This document shows positions 45,329 through 55,071 of a stretch of DNA of 64,000 bases, in pieces; positions within the stretch are counted from its first letter, which is position 1, and each line of letters opens with the position of its first letter. Origin of the DNA: a virus (taxonomy: Duplodnaviria; Caudoviricetes); IMG/VR virus record IMGVR_UViG_3300027563_000002, positions 1-64,000 of that record; one strand, 5' to 3'. A model generated the notes under the pieces. It saw only the letters and a program-made list of their open reading frames with translations, did no database searches and had not been told where the DNA came from. The position numbers and the translations under genes are program-made.

Positions 45329-46992
45329 ACTGTGGTCTCCAAGTTGTCAAGTTTGCCGGAATCAAAATCTTCTTGTTCAGTTTGCTCGTATTCAAACAGC
45401 GCATTGAATTGGGGTTTAGAATTGGTAGTGTTCTTGCCTTTGTTGCCACGTGTGCCAACAATTTGATTCCAATAACCAGTCTTACCTGTGTAACCAGTTC
45501 GTTCAATCACAGCCATGGCGCTGGCTTTGTCTGGCGCTGAAAAAATTTCTTCTATAATGTTTTCAAAATACTCGTAATCGCCGCCGTTACGTTGCATCAT
45601 GGCAGGGTGTTCTCCTGCATCAAACCGACGATTGGCCTCTTGTACCGCAGTCATGTGCATCCAGACATTATGACCCATCAGCAGTGCATAACTAAAACTG
45701 TCCCAGGATGTCTTGCCTTCTTTGCCATTTTTGTTGACATCACCTGGACCATAAATGCAGACATCTTTCATTGTGAGCATGTTGCTGATGGGACTGTCCT
45801 GCCAGTTTTTAATATTGCTTGTGCTTGGTAAATCGGCCAACAATCCCACACTCCATTTGCGAGTATCTGTGGAATATTTTTTGTCATCCAACACCGGAGC
45901 CATTCTATAACTCCACTTTGAATCGTGCTCAAACACATTTTCATAGTACACCTGTCCGTTGGCTGTGGCGAGGAATGGGCTGGCACAATCAAAGGATATA
46001 GTAAAACTTGGATTAACGTATTTTCTAACAGCCCTTTGAATCACGGTGAGTAGCACAGCCCATTCCAACTTTGATGTTCCTAAAAAGTGCATCCAATCAT
46101 GTACGCCTTGCTGTAACAGATTGTCATAACGAAGTGCAACCAGTCGAGTCAGTATCAATTGCACATCACACATGTTCTGACCACCCATGGCCCAGCCGTC
46201 AAAGTGTGTGGCAGGATAAACCGCAGGATCACAAAACTCTTTCATTTCCTGATACCATGCCTCGGCACTGGCATGACCATCACCTTGCAACACATTCAAG
46301 AACCGTGCGCCACCTTCTTTGGCACCTCGACGGTGTGCCATAAAATACAAGTTGTTGTATTTGGTTGCTGCAACAGCTTCATCCAATGTAGTAACACCGC
46401 AGGCTTTGCTGGCTTTTTTATCATGTATGACCCAGGTAGGAATATCAAGAATCATTCCATAGTCTGCAATGCTGTCTAACCAACGCAACACTGCATCACG
46501 TTTTTTCTGGGCAGCATCCAACAACTTTTGATAGTCAGCAGCTGGATCTTTTTTGATTTTTTTACCTTTGGCATTGACCGTTTCGGTTGGGCCTTGCGCA
46601 ATCAATGCAGCCATTTTGTCTTGCACTCCCTGACTGGTTGGATCACGCCATTCACCTTCCCACAAGCCTTTGGCAATTTGGAATCCACCAGAGTCACCCA
46701 GCATGAACGTGCCTGGCTCACGATTGCGAACCATGTCTTCTGACCAGTCTGGCTTGTTTAGGTCTAAGTTGGCATGCCCAGCTGAATACAGGCTCCATCG
46801 GTAAGGAAACAATGCCTTTTGACTGTTGAGCCAGTTCATCTGTTCCATGTCAGTTAACCCTTGTGGAAATCTTGCAGGATCCACATACGGCTCGTTGCGT
46901 TGCTTGCCCACAAATGTGGCATAGAAACCTGATATGGCCGGCAAGAACACAGCATAGTCAAGTTGTTTGGCGGTTAGATTGTCTTGAGTCAT
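45325..46992 (-). CDS. dpdA: DpdA-like DNA 7-deazaguanine transglycosylase (TGT fold)
   Basis: DSGGFQ, MILDIP, VLQG, GWAMGG, HFLG, SFDCAS; near folE/queD/queE. Confidence 0.8.
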   Translation of the reverse strand: MTQDNLTAKQLDYAVFLPAISGFYATFVGKQRNEPYVDPARFPQGLTDMEQMNWLNSQKALFPYRWSLYSAGHANLDLNKPDWSEDMVRNREPGTFMLGDSGGFQIAKGLWEGEWRDPTSQGVQDKMAALIAQGPTETVNAKGKKIKKDPAADYQKLLDAAQKKRDAVLRWLDSIADYGMILDIPTWVIHDKKASKACGVTTLDEAVAATKYNNLYFMAHRRGAKEGGARFLNVLQGDGHASAEAWYQEMKEFCDPAVYPATHFDGWAMGGQNMCDVQLILTRLVALRYDNLLQQGVHDWMHFLGTSKLEWAVLLTVIQRAVRKYVNPSFTISFDCASPFLATANGQVYYENVFEHDSKWSYRMAPVLDDKKYSTDTRKWSVGLLADLPSTSNIKNWQDSPISNMLTMKDVCIYGPGDVNKNGKEGKTSWDSFSYALLMGHNVWMHMTAVQEANRRFDAGEHPAMMQRNGGDYEYFENIIEEIFSAPDKASAMAVIERTGYTGKTGYWNQIVGTRGNKGKNTTNSKPQFNALFEYEQTEQEDFDSGKLDNLETTV

Positions 46993-47723
46993 GTTTGGTA
47001 GAAGTTTACTGTGTTAAACAATTTATAGTCTTTTTTATAAAAACTTTGAAGTTTATGAAAATAATCTGGATTGCCCACGAGTCTTTCATTGATACGGTTT
47101 ACAATATTTTGTGCGGGCAGAATTTTTTTAGTAATATTAAACACATTGTCAGGATCTTGGTCGCTTGTTGTGATCTTAAATGGTGTACCAGTAAACTGTT
47201 CCATTATTGTTCCATAATTTTTGGCCAATGTGTGATCACACCGTAACCAGATGATCTTGGAATGATCAATACCTTTGATAAATTTACATTGTGGTCGTGT
47301 GTGACCATCAAAAACCACAGTGTCAAATATCATATCCCAATCAACGTTGTTTATGTGCAGTGGATGGCTTGAATCACCATCATATCCTTGCAGATATTGT
47401 GCAAGTCCGGTTATCCATCGATTGATAGGATCTCTAAGTATCACAACATACCGGGCATTTTGTAGAGCGGTGTTCAAAGTTGAAACATCAATATCATACA
47501 CTGTTTCATTATTTTCGCTGAATTTTTGTGTATGGTGGTTAAAAAAAAATCCCGGTGTATGCTGCTTGATCCAGCTGCTGGCATTTTTGGGAATATTAAC
47601 CCAAATCAAACATCTCAATGGATCGGGTCTAACAACGCAATAGCTGTGCCCATGCTCGGTTGGCATGGACCATGTTGGATCAACATAGTCGACAAATCTA
47701 GATGCTTTTGATTTTTTAGACAT
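46989..47723 (-). CDS. sulfotransferase family 2-like protein
   Basis: IPKNASS (5'-PSB), LRDPINRW, HTRPQ, YKKDY. Confidence 0.75.
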   Translation of the reverse strand: MSKKSKASRFVDYVDPTWSMPTEHGHSYCVVRPDPLRCLIWVNIPKNASSWIKQHTPGFFFNHHTQKFSENNETVYDIDVSTLNTALQNARYVVILRDPINRWITGLAQYLQGYDGDSSHPLHINNVDWDMIFDTVVFDGHTRPQCKFIKGIDHSKIIWLRCDHTLAKNYGTIMEQFTGTPFKITTSDQDPDNVFNITKKILPAQNIVNRINERLVGNPDYFHKLQSFYKKDYKLFNTVNFYQT

Positions 47724-47724
47724 C

Positions 47725-48447
47725 TCACTTGCTTTGTGCCAACAAGATGTAGTTGTAAACAGCAATACCAGAATCCACTGTGATCATAGCAGCACCATCA
47801 TCACTGACGCGAACAGTTTTATCTCCGGTTGATTCCAAGATAGCCATAAACTGTGTGGCTGGCCACGACCAGGTGCGTTTCAATTGACCATTTGCGCCTG
47901 CATGGAACACAAAATTACCAGCATGTGTGCTATGATCACCAAAGAGAAACTTCAAGTCACCGTTTTCGGTCCGAGCCTGGAAGTTGGGAGTTTCTGCATT
48001 GGCCTGTGCCTGCATACGCAATCTTTGAATAGCAACCACAGTGGGTTCAAATTCAATGTGCCAGGTCACACCTTTGAACTTGGGTGTTTTGAGTTTGTCG
48101 TTCACAATCTCTGCTGTCATGAAACGATATGTGTTACGAAAGTCTCCCCCAACATTTTCAAACTCAATACCATCTGGAGCACCGGTGGCCTTCTTGGTCA
48201 ATTTTAACTTGGCATTTTCCTTGTACTCTTGCAGGTTCAACAAGATTTTTAACTTGTTCAAGTTGGGCATGCCAAATGTGCCCACAAAGTCTGGATGTGG
48301 ATTTTTGAATTCGCCTTCCAGTACCACACTCAAATCTTCTGCCACGCCCACAATGCTTGTGGCTTTGTCGTTGCCGGTGATCTTGACAAGGTCAATGCAA
48401 CCAAGATCGTGTGTGTGTTCTACCAAGTCTTTAAGATAATCTCTCAT
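47725..48447 (-). CDS. sliding clamp (gp45-like)
   Basis: 240-aa beta-rich protein near the polymerase, YNYIL C-terminus. Confidence 0.65.
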   Translation of the reverse strand: MRDYLKDLVEHTHDLGCIDLVKITGNDKATSIVGVAEDLSVVLEGEFKNPHPDFVGTFGMPNLNKLKILLNLQEYKENAKLKLTKKATGAPDGIEFENVGGDFRNTYRFMTAEIVNDKLKTPKFKGVTWHIEFEPTVVAIQRLRMQAQANAETPNFQARTENGDLKFLFGDHSTHAGNFVFHAGANGQLKRTWSWPATQFMAILESTGDKTVRVSDDGAAMITVDSGIAVYNYILLAQSK

Positions 48448-48482
48448 GTTTACTCCTATGTTGTATGATTATATAGATTTTT

Positions 48483-49421
48483 TTACTGATATGCAACTAT
48501 TTTGGCCAACACCTGGGCGGCTCGAATACTGGTCAATTCGCCCGAACGTCGCAGACCTATCCAGTGTAGATCACCATGATCATTGTGTTGTTCTACAATT
48601 TCAAATCCAATGCTTTGAGCATGACGCAAAATCATGTGTCCAGGGGTATAGCACATGAAATTTTTTTCTGCCAAAGCCACATTATGTGCCCAGTCACAGT
48701 CATTAAAGGTCATGATCAGCACACCCCCTGGTCTAAGTTTGTTTATCAACTCATTGAGATATTTTTTAATTATATTCAAGGGTTTGAAATTGAAATAGTT
48801 GTAGGCCAACACAAATCCAAATTGATTGTCTGCAAACTCATGCATGATGGTACCACCTTGCCAATCATTCACAGCATAGCAACGCAGTCGTCGTTGATAT
48901 GCAGGATGAAATCTTGCCACACAAGGTTCTAGCAATGCCAAATTGCTATCAACTAGATAAAGAGGATCCAGAGCTACCAAATCGTCAATCAATTTTTCTT
49001 GTGCTGGTCGAAATATTAGGCCAGGCCAGCGCCAGTCGGCCAGGCCACGACATCGACTCATCAAAACATCATAACATTTAGAGTTAGAAATCAATTGCCT
49101 GTTCAACACATGTTCATTGCCTTCCAGTCGCATCTCGTTTTGCCAAAAATTTTCACTTTGAGCCAGCAGCTCAGTTTCTCGCTGAGCAATGGTCTGAGTC
49201 AGCAATGTCTGCAGATTGGCCATGCCATGATCAAATTCGGCCAGACTGCGATGCACAGTTGACAATTTGTTGTCTAAATCTTCCAGATGCTCTGCAAATC
49301 TCAATGAATTTTCTTTGATGTGATGGACAAATCCGTCAATATATCTTTTGGTTTCGTTGCTGTGCCCAACATCAAACTGTTGCACTAGATTTTTGAGATG
49401 AACAATATCACTCAGTTTCAT
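48483..49421 (-). CDS. methyltransferase-like hypothetical protein
   Basis: LRPGGVLIMTF in C-terminal half. Confidence 0.5.
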   Translation of the reverse strand: MKLSDIVHLKNLVQQFDVGHSNETKRYIDGFVHHIKENSLRFAEHLEDLDNKLSTVHRSLAEFDHGMANLQTLLTQTIAQRETELLAQSENFWQNEMRLEGNEHVLNRQLISNSKCYDVLMSRCRGLADWRWPGLIFRPAQEKLIDDLVALDPLYLVDSNLALLEPCVARFHPAYQRRLRCYAVNDWQGGTIMHEFADNQFGFVLAYNYFNFKPLNIIKKYLNELINKLRPGGVLIMTFNDCDWAHNVALAEKNFMCYTPGHMILRHAQSIGFEIVEQHNDHGDLHWIGLRRSGELTSIRAAQVLAKIVAYQ

Positions 49422-52078
49422 TCAAAAGAAAATAAAGAATTAAAAGTGTTTTCAGTATTGGTAGCTGAGGCCAAGTCCCAATCCAACACTCCCAACAAGT
49501 TGTCAATCTTTTGATCCACCACTGTGGCCTCCATCTCTGCGTCGTCAAACGGCAAGTCCTTGAACCACTGTGGCAAGTGCATCTCGTCTGTGGGATAGCC
49601 AATGCTGGTCCAGCCCAAGGCATTGCTTCTTAACTTGCACACAATGGTCTTCATGCCGTCCACAATCTGCATTGAGTAGTTGTCCGAATTCATTCGTCTC
49701 AAGTTGTTCCAGTTCAAGGCCGCCCGTACATGCCCAGGCATGTTGGCTTTGCCCAGGCGTTCTTCTTCCCGACCGTACTTGGTCAAGTTGTTCACACGCT
49801 TGGGAGAGCCTTTTTCCCAGCCCGGCCGTTCTTTGAATTCATACTTGAACTCGCGCACACGTTCAATGATTTCATCGCGACCAGCGCCGGCCAGTGCTTT
49901 ATTTAGAATTTCCAACAGAAAGTCTTGAATAACTTTGGGTGTGTCACTGCGTTTTAGATCCAGGCCAGTGGCCTTGGTCTTGCCGATTGCTCCGTTCACA
50001 TCCAGGCGCTTGTTTTCAATATCAATGGCGTTGACAGCATAGCGTTTTTTGGTGATGAACAAGCCACGGTCTGCCACAGTTTCACGACCGGCCTTGATCA
50101 ATTCGCCCATGTCTCTGGGACAATGAAAAGCACGTTCCATAAAGCTCGGAAATGATTCATTCACTTGGTCAGCAATTGAGTCGTACAGCTGGATGCAAAT
50201 TTCTTTTGACCATGCCATACGACCTTCGGCAACTTCCTGCTTGAGCACAGGCCAGGCACTGAAGTAGCATGAGTCTGTGTCACCATAGATAACTGCCTTG
50301 CCCATATGATCATACTCACCTGTGATGCATTCATTCAGGTATGCATCCATGTGCCGGGCAATGCTGCGGCCTGTCAGTGTTGTGCTCTGTCCAATGCGCT
50401 TGTCAAAAAATCTGCAGCCAGAATTGAGAATGGCGCCATACAGACTGTTCAAGTTAATCTTCTTGACCAGTTGACGTTTGTCCCAGAACGCAATCTCTTT
50501 GGCATCCCGGGCATCTTTCTTCTTGGCCTGTAATTCTTGACGTTCACGATACCAACGTTCCAGCAGACCTGGAATCACACCTTTCTTTTCGTATGTGAAT
50601 ATGGTTCCATTGGCGCTCAAAATCCAAGGTTGATTAGAGTCAAACAACATGTACCAAATTTCAGCGCCTGAGTGTACAGTCTCTTCACCTGACTGCCAGT
50701 CTATGGTGATCTCTGTGCCACGTTGCTGTTCCATCACTGCTGTGTATTCCAAACTGGCAAACACACCTTCCCAGGCCGCTGCAAATGAATCACCCCGAGC
50801 CATTTTATCTTTGATGTATCGATCAGTCATCACAGGACGCAGTTGACCAATGATGGTTTCTGGACCCATGTTCAAGGCACGAATCGCTGATGGATACAGA
50901 CTGTTGATGTCCACTGATCCCACCCACTCGTGCATGCCCTTGCGTGGATATGCCACATAAGCACCTGCGGCCTGTGTGTCCTCGTCGGTGAGTCGTTGTT
51001 GACGATTGGGCACAACCATGCCGCGTTCGTGTGCTTCGTTGATGATGGCCTGTTCGGTCACGGCCACAGCACCCATGGTGGTGGCCAACAACACAGTATT
51101 GGCATGCGCCAGTTCGCTGGCCAGTTCCAGGAAGCGCAGTTTTTTGTCCAGTTTGTCCAGCAACAAGGTATCTTGCCTGTTGTATTCGATAAAGGTCCTG
51201 AAGTATTGGTTGTACAACTGATCCAGTGTGCCTTCAAACTGTGTCTTGCGCTCACTCAGTTCGTACTCGGCAATGGCATCCAGGCTGTAGCTATGTCGTT
51301 CTTCATAGGTGTATTTGCGATACAGTTGCATATAGTCCATATGCACACGACCCACCAGGTCATAGGTTTCGTTTTCAGCACCAAAACGTTCAAACACACG
51401 CTTCTTGGGAAACTGCCCCCATAAACAAAATCTGCGTGTGTCGTCTTTGCTGAGCACTCGAGTGATACGATTCACTGTGTAGGGTATGTCATAGCCTTCT
51501 GAGTTCCAACCGCTCAAGATATCTGCATCTTCGATCAGATCCAAGAACATCTTCAACATTTCTGTTTCGGATTCACACAGCACAGTGTTCTCAAATTCTC
51601 CACAGATCTCACGAGCAGTCTGCTCACTCATATGGCGCGGCGCCACCACCAGTGTGACCAATTGCTCCAACCAATTCAAATATACCGATATGGCAGTGAT
51701 GGGATTGAAAGGATCTGACACAGGCGAAAATCCACGCACTGAATCGAATGCAACTTCAATGTCAAAGAATGCTGTGTGCAAGGTGGGGGCATCTTGGTCC
51801 TTGTAGTTTTCTTCAAAGCAACGGAATATGGGATTGATATCCGATTCGTAGATCTGTCGACCGCTTTGTGCTCGAACTTCCTTGCGGAACTCTTTGTTGT
51901 TGCGTGATGAAAATCTTGACACAGGTGTGCCGTAGATGCTTTGGAACTTGCCTCGGGGGTCGTCGTAGTAGAACACATAATTGGCAGGATACTCCCGATA
52001 CTGCCTTTGGCCGTCGCGGCGTTCTACCACGTGAATGCGATCATGCTCACGATCAAATAGTGCGTCAATATAACTCAA
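49418..52078 (-). CDS. family B DNA polymerase (gp43-like)
   Basis: FDIE, WNSEGYD, YNRQD exonuclease; DINSLYPS, KINLNSLYG, YGDTDS, KKRY; TTG start. Confidence 0.97.
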   Translation of the reverse strand: MSYIDALFDREHDRIHVVERRDGQRQYREYPANYVFYYDDPRGKFQSIYGTPVSRFSSRNNKEFRKEVRAQSGRQIYESDINPIFRCFEENYKDQDAPTLHTAFFDIEVAFDSVRGFSPVSDPFNPITAISVYLNWLEQLVTLVVAPRHMSEQTAREICGEFENTVLCESETEMLKMFLDLIEDADILSGWNSEGYDIPYTVNRITRVLSKDDTRRFCLWGQFPKKRVFERFGAENETYDLVGRVHMDYMQLYRKYTYEERHSYSLDAIAEYELSERKTQFEGTLDQLYNQYFRTFIEYNRQDTLLLDKLDKKLRFLELASELAHANTVLLATTMGAVAVTEQAIINEAHERGMVVPNRQQRLTDEDTQAAGAYVAYPRKGMHEWVGSVDINSLYPSAIRALNMGPETIIGQLRPVMTDRYIKDKMARGDSFAAAWEGVFASLEYTAVMEQQRGTEITIDWQSGEETVHSGAEIWYMLFDSNQPWILSANGTIFTYEKKGVIPGLLERWYRERQELQAKKKDARDAKEIAFWDKRQLVKKINLNSLYGAILNSGCRFFDKRIGQSTTLTGRSIARHMDAYLNECITGEYDHMGKAVIYGDTDSCYFSAWPVLKQEVAEGRMAWSKEICIQLYDSIADQVNESFPSFMERAFHCPRDMGELIKAGRETVADRGLFITKKRYAVNAIDIENKRLDVNGAIGKTKATGLDLKRSDTPKVIQDFLLEILNKALAGAGRDEIIERVREFKYEFKERPGWEKGSPKRVNNLTKYGREEERLGKANMPGHVRAALNWNNLRRMNSDNYSMQIVDGMKTIVCKLRSNALGWTSIGYPTDEMHLPQWFKDLPFDDAEMEATVVDQKIDNLLGVLDWDLASATNTENTFNSLFSFE

Positions 52079-53103
52079 ACAGAAGTTGCCTTTTCAAAAA
52101 AATTATCAAAGAAGTTTGCGTTGTTGTACGCAGTTTTCCAAGATTTCAATAACTGACGATTATGTTGACTTTGATTATACAATGTTTTTGAATCAAAGTC
52201 AATGCTGTCCTCAACTAAGATTTGTAATAATTGTTGTTGCCGTTGTTGCCAAGGCAAATCATCAATTTTGTCAATGGCCGAATCAAACTCAAACCCAAGT
52301 GCTCGCAATTTGGCTATCCCATGTTTTTGTAAAAACAATAAAGATATGGTTGGAAATTGTATTGAGCGCAGAGATTTTTCAGTAAAGCACCACCGATTGG
52401 TATCATCTTCGAGCGCATAAGTTTCAAGCACCAGTGAGTATTTAGAATCCAGTATCAACGGTGATAGATTGTGAATTTCAGTAAAATTTCTGTAAGGAAC
52501 AATGGATCGAAGTTCTTGGTAGGCTTTTTCAAAATGGGGTAACTGATCAAGTTGATATTTGTAATGTATAAAATCAAACAACTCTGTACCGGTCAGATTG
52601 CTATAATCAGACAGTTGCTTCATCAGAACACTCACATACCCTTTGTCTAGTAGATTGTGATGATGTAAAAAATAAAACCAACTTTGTCTTGTTGAGCATA
52701 CACGTTGTATGAAACAGTTGTATAATTTTGAAGGGGGTGACACAATATCAATATTGTCACTGTATGACGCATGTATGCCTAACAGTTTAGGGTAACTAAA
52801 AAACTCAATACATGACAAGTTATTAAATTCAATAATGCTATCAGTAACAACCAATACTTTCTTACCATGCTGATGGCAGTGTTGATTTATGTTTTTCCAA
52901 TGTTCATAATTGCCAATTATATCAGACAGCACCATGTACACAATCACTGTGCTGTTGATATGTTGTACGTTGGTAGGTGATAGATTGAGAGTAAACTTTA
53001 TTTTATTTTTATCACAAAATTCTTTTATGTGATTGTATAGTTTAGCCCGTTGATCACGACAATTATGTTGATCAACACTGTCAATTTCTAATTGATTAAA
53101 CAA
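52075..53103 (-). CDS. AT-rich ET...TEKS family protein
   Basis: SLVLET, FTEKSLR, LRALGF. Confidence 0.55.
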   Translation of the reverse strand: MFNQLEIDSVDQHNCRDQRAKLYNHIKEFCDKNKIKFTLNLSPTNVQHINSTVIVYMVLSDIIGNYEHWKNINQHCHQHGKKVLVVTDSIIEFNNLSCIEFFSYPKLLGIHASYSDNIDIVSPPSKLYNCFIQRVCSTRQSWFYFLHHHNLLDKGYVSVLMKQLSDYSNLTGTELFDFIHYKYQLDQLPHFEKAYQELRSIVPYRNFTEIHNLSPLILDSKYSLVLETYALEDDTNRWCFTEKSLRSIQFPTISLLFLQKHGIAKLRALGFEFDSAIDKIDDLPWQQRQQQLLQILVEDSIDFDSKTLYNQSQHNRQLLKSWKTAYNNANFFDNFFEKATSV

Positions 53104-53177
53104 ATCTTTCTCCGTTTGTGACCGGTGCGGTCTTGATACATGCTGCTTAAGGCAGCGACTCTTTGCTATTTACATCG

Positions 53178-54254
53178 TTAATTTGGATTATCTAAAATTC
53201 CATGAAACCAAACACCAGGTAATTTTTGCACGGCAAGGATTTTTTCCTTAGCTAGTGCGTAATCTGGATGTGATGAATCAAACACATTGTGTTCATTGAA
53301 TTCTTCTGCAGACCAGGTCCCCCAGTTTGTTACTTTTGCATATTCAATTCGATCAACATCATAGCTTTTGCAAAAATCATAAAATTGCTGTATTTCTTGA
53401 TAGTTACGATTTTGTACCACCATTCTGGTCCTAAAATCAAACCCCAATTCGTGTTTTTTGTTTTGTAAAAATTCCATGGCAGAAATCAACTGCTGCCAGG
53501 TACCACCTCTTCTGACCACTTGATAAGTTTCTGCGGTAGCGGCATCAATTGAAATTACCACGTGTTGTATAGCTGATTCTAAATGGGATATTCTGTGCCA
53601 ATTTTTTTTTGCCAACAACCCGTTTGATTGTATGCATAGTTGAAAATTTGGCAAACGATTTAAATCAATTGTAGACAACAGATTTATCAGCAATGGGCTG
53701 GCAAATACTTCTCCAGAGCCACTGGTATGCACTACAATTTTTTTATCAGTTGGCTGAGAAAATAAGTTTTCAGTAATTATTTTACCTAATCGTTCTTGTT
53801 TTTTGATCTGACCGGGGTTTGGTTTTATAATGCCGGTCCTGCAACTGGGACAACTGAGATTGCAAACACTATCTCCCTGTATAGATATCCAATGCGGGAT
53901 TTCAAACAAGTTAGAATCAGTAATTAAGTGTTTGACATTGTCAGGCAAGGTGTCAATGGTATTAAGTTGGTTATTGGCCATAATACCACATTGCTGTTCA
54001 TTGCAATATTGATAAGAGCCATCAATAATGCTTTGTCTAATTCTTTTGGCCATCGGGGACGACAAAATTTCTTCGAGAGTGTTCACGGTCAAATTGCCAA
54101 CAGTTGATGGCATCCAACCACCGCATCCACAGAGCCTAACTTCGCCATTGAGTCCAACTTCGATCATTGTAAACGGAGATAGACAATACTGCCCCAACAA
54201 GGCCTTGTTGGGGAAGATTCCTGAACGTGCCTGGCGTATTGGAATTGTGGTCAA
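53178..54254 (-). CDS. radical SAM protein with N-terminal SPASM/twitch domain
   Basis: CLSPF..GEVRLC, CNLSCPSC, GSGE. Confidence 0.8.
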   Translation of the reverse strand: MTTIPIRQARSGIFPNKALLGQYCLSPFTMIEVGLNGEVRLCGCGGWMPSTVGNLTVNTLEEILSSPMAKRIRQSIIDGSYQYCNEQQCGIMANNQLNTIDTLPDNVKHLITDSNLFEIPHWISIQGDSVCNLSCPSCRTGIIKPNPGQIKKQERLGKIITENLFSQPTDKKIVVHTSGSGEVFASPLLINLLSTIDLNRLPNFQLCIQSNGLLAKKNWHRISHLESAIQHVVISIDAATAETYQVVRRGGTWQQLISAMEFLQNKKHELGFDFRTRMVVQNRNYQEIQQFYDFCKSYDVDRIEYAKVTNWGTWSAEEFNEHNVFDSSHPDYALAKEKILAVQKLPGVWFHGILDNPN

Positions 54255-54511
54255 ATAGTCTTGCCTACTGTTTCAAGTATGGTTTCCAACAGCTCTTGAT
54301 CTTGTTTGGTTTTTCCAAATTCGGCCTTGTGTGCCACACGAATGGCTTTTTTCAACACAGCCGGTTTGATTTCCAACTCTTCTGCAATGGCCCGGATGGT
54401 GTCGGTCAGGCCACCTTGCAAGGTATCAATCTCGTGCATCACAGCCATGCCTTCATTGATGATTTGGGTGAGTTTGATCTTTTGGTCGCCGTTAAAAGTT
54501 TTAGTATCCAT
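54251..54511 (-). CDS. small dsDNA-binding protein (T4 DsbA/GapR-like)
   Basis: helical, AIAEELEIKPAVLKKAI; TTGACC-17-TATAAT upstream. Confidence 0.55.
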   Translation of the reverse strand: MDTKTFNGDQKIKLTQIINEGMAVMHEIDTLQGGLTDTIRAIAEELEIKPAVLKKAIRVAHKAEFGKTKQDQELLETILETVGKTI

Positions 54512-54556
54512 ATGGTTCTCCTATAATGTAAATTATACATTATGAAAGTTGAAAGG

Positions 54557-55000
54557 TCAAGTGTTTTTGACTTCAAAATTCTGATAGCGCAAATATCCCC
54601 ATACCATAAACCAAGCAATAATTGGACTCAAGTACCACATGCGATACTGATGTCCAGTTTGGGCAAACAGTTGCTCTCTAGAAACTGCACGGCAAGTCCA
54701 GTTATCAAACCAAACATCACCGACCTGTGCTACCACATGATATTCACCGTTGTGTGTTTGAACTCGGTGCAGTTGATAGCGATGCAAGATCAACACATTC
54801 CATACAAACTGCCAGAATCCGCCACACAACAACCACAATACCGTGATTGAATAGTCATCACAATCACCCCTCATGACATTGTCTTGACTACGCATAACAA
54901 ACCAGTAGTCAGTAAAAAAACTTCTGGGATCAGCAGTGTATTGGAATTGACTGTTGACTGTAGAAATGGCTTGATCCAGGGTCATAATGTTGATTCTCAT
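54557..55000 (-). CDS. transglutaminase-like cysteine peptidase
   Basis: DYW, GDCDDY, H..., FDN; start uncertain. Confidence 0.7.
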   Translation of the reverse strand: MRINIMTLDQAISTVNSQFQYTADPRSFFTDYWFVMRSQDNVMRGDCDDYSITVLWLLCGGFWQFVWNVLILHRYQLHRVQTHNGEYHVVAQVGDVWFDNWTCRAVSREQLFAQTGHQYRMWYLSPIIAWFMVWGYLRYQNFEVKNT

Positions 55001-55071
55001 TTGATTAATGCTCACTTCAAGCCTTGCGGTAGCGAATCGCTCAGCCTGCCCAGCAGCCGGGCCACACGGTC

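Noticed and set aside
45325-46992. Canonical tRNA-guanine transglycosylase (tgt)
   Set aside because: No CxCxxC zinc motif; longer and divergent; replication-cluster context favours DNA-acting DpdA.
49418-52078. Intein or intron in the DNA polymerase
   Set aside because: 886 aa with normally spaced motifs; no insertion evident.
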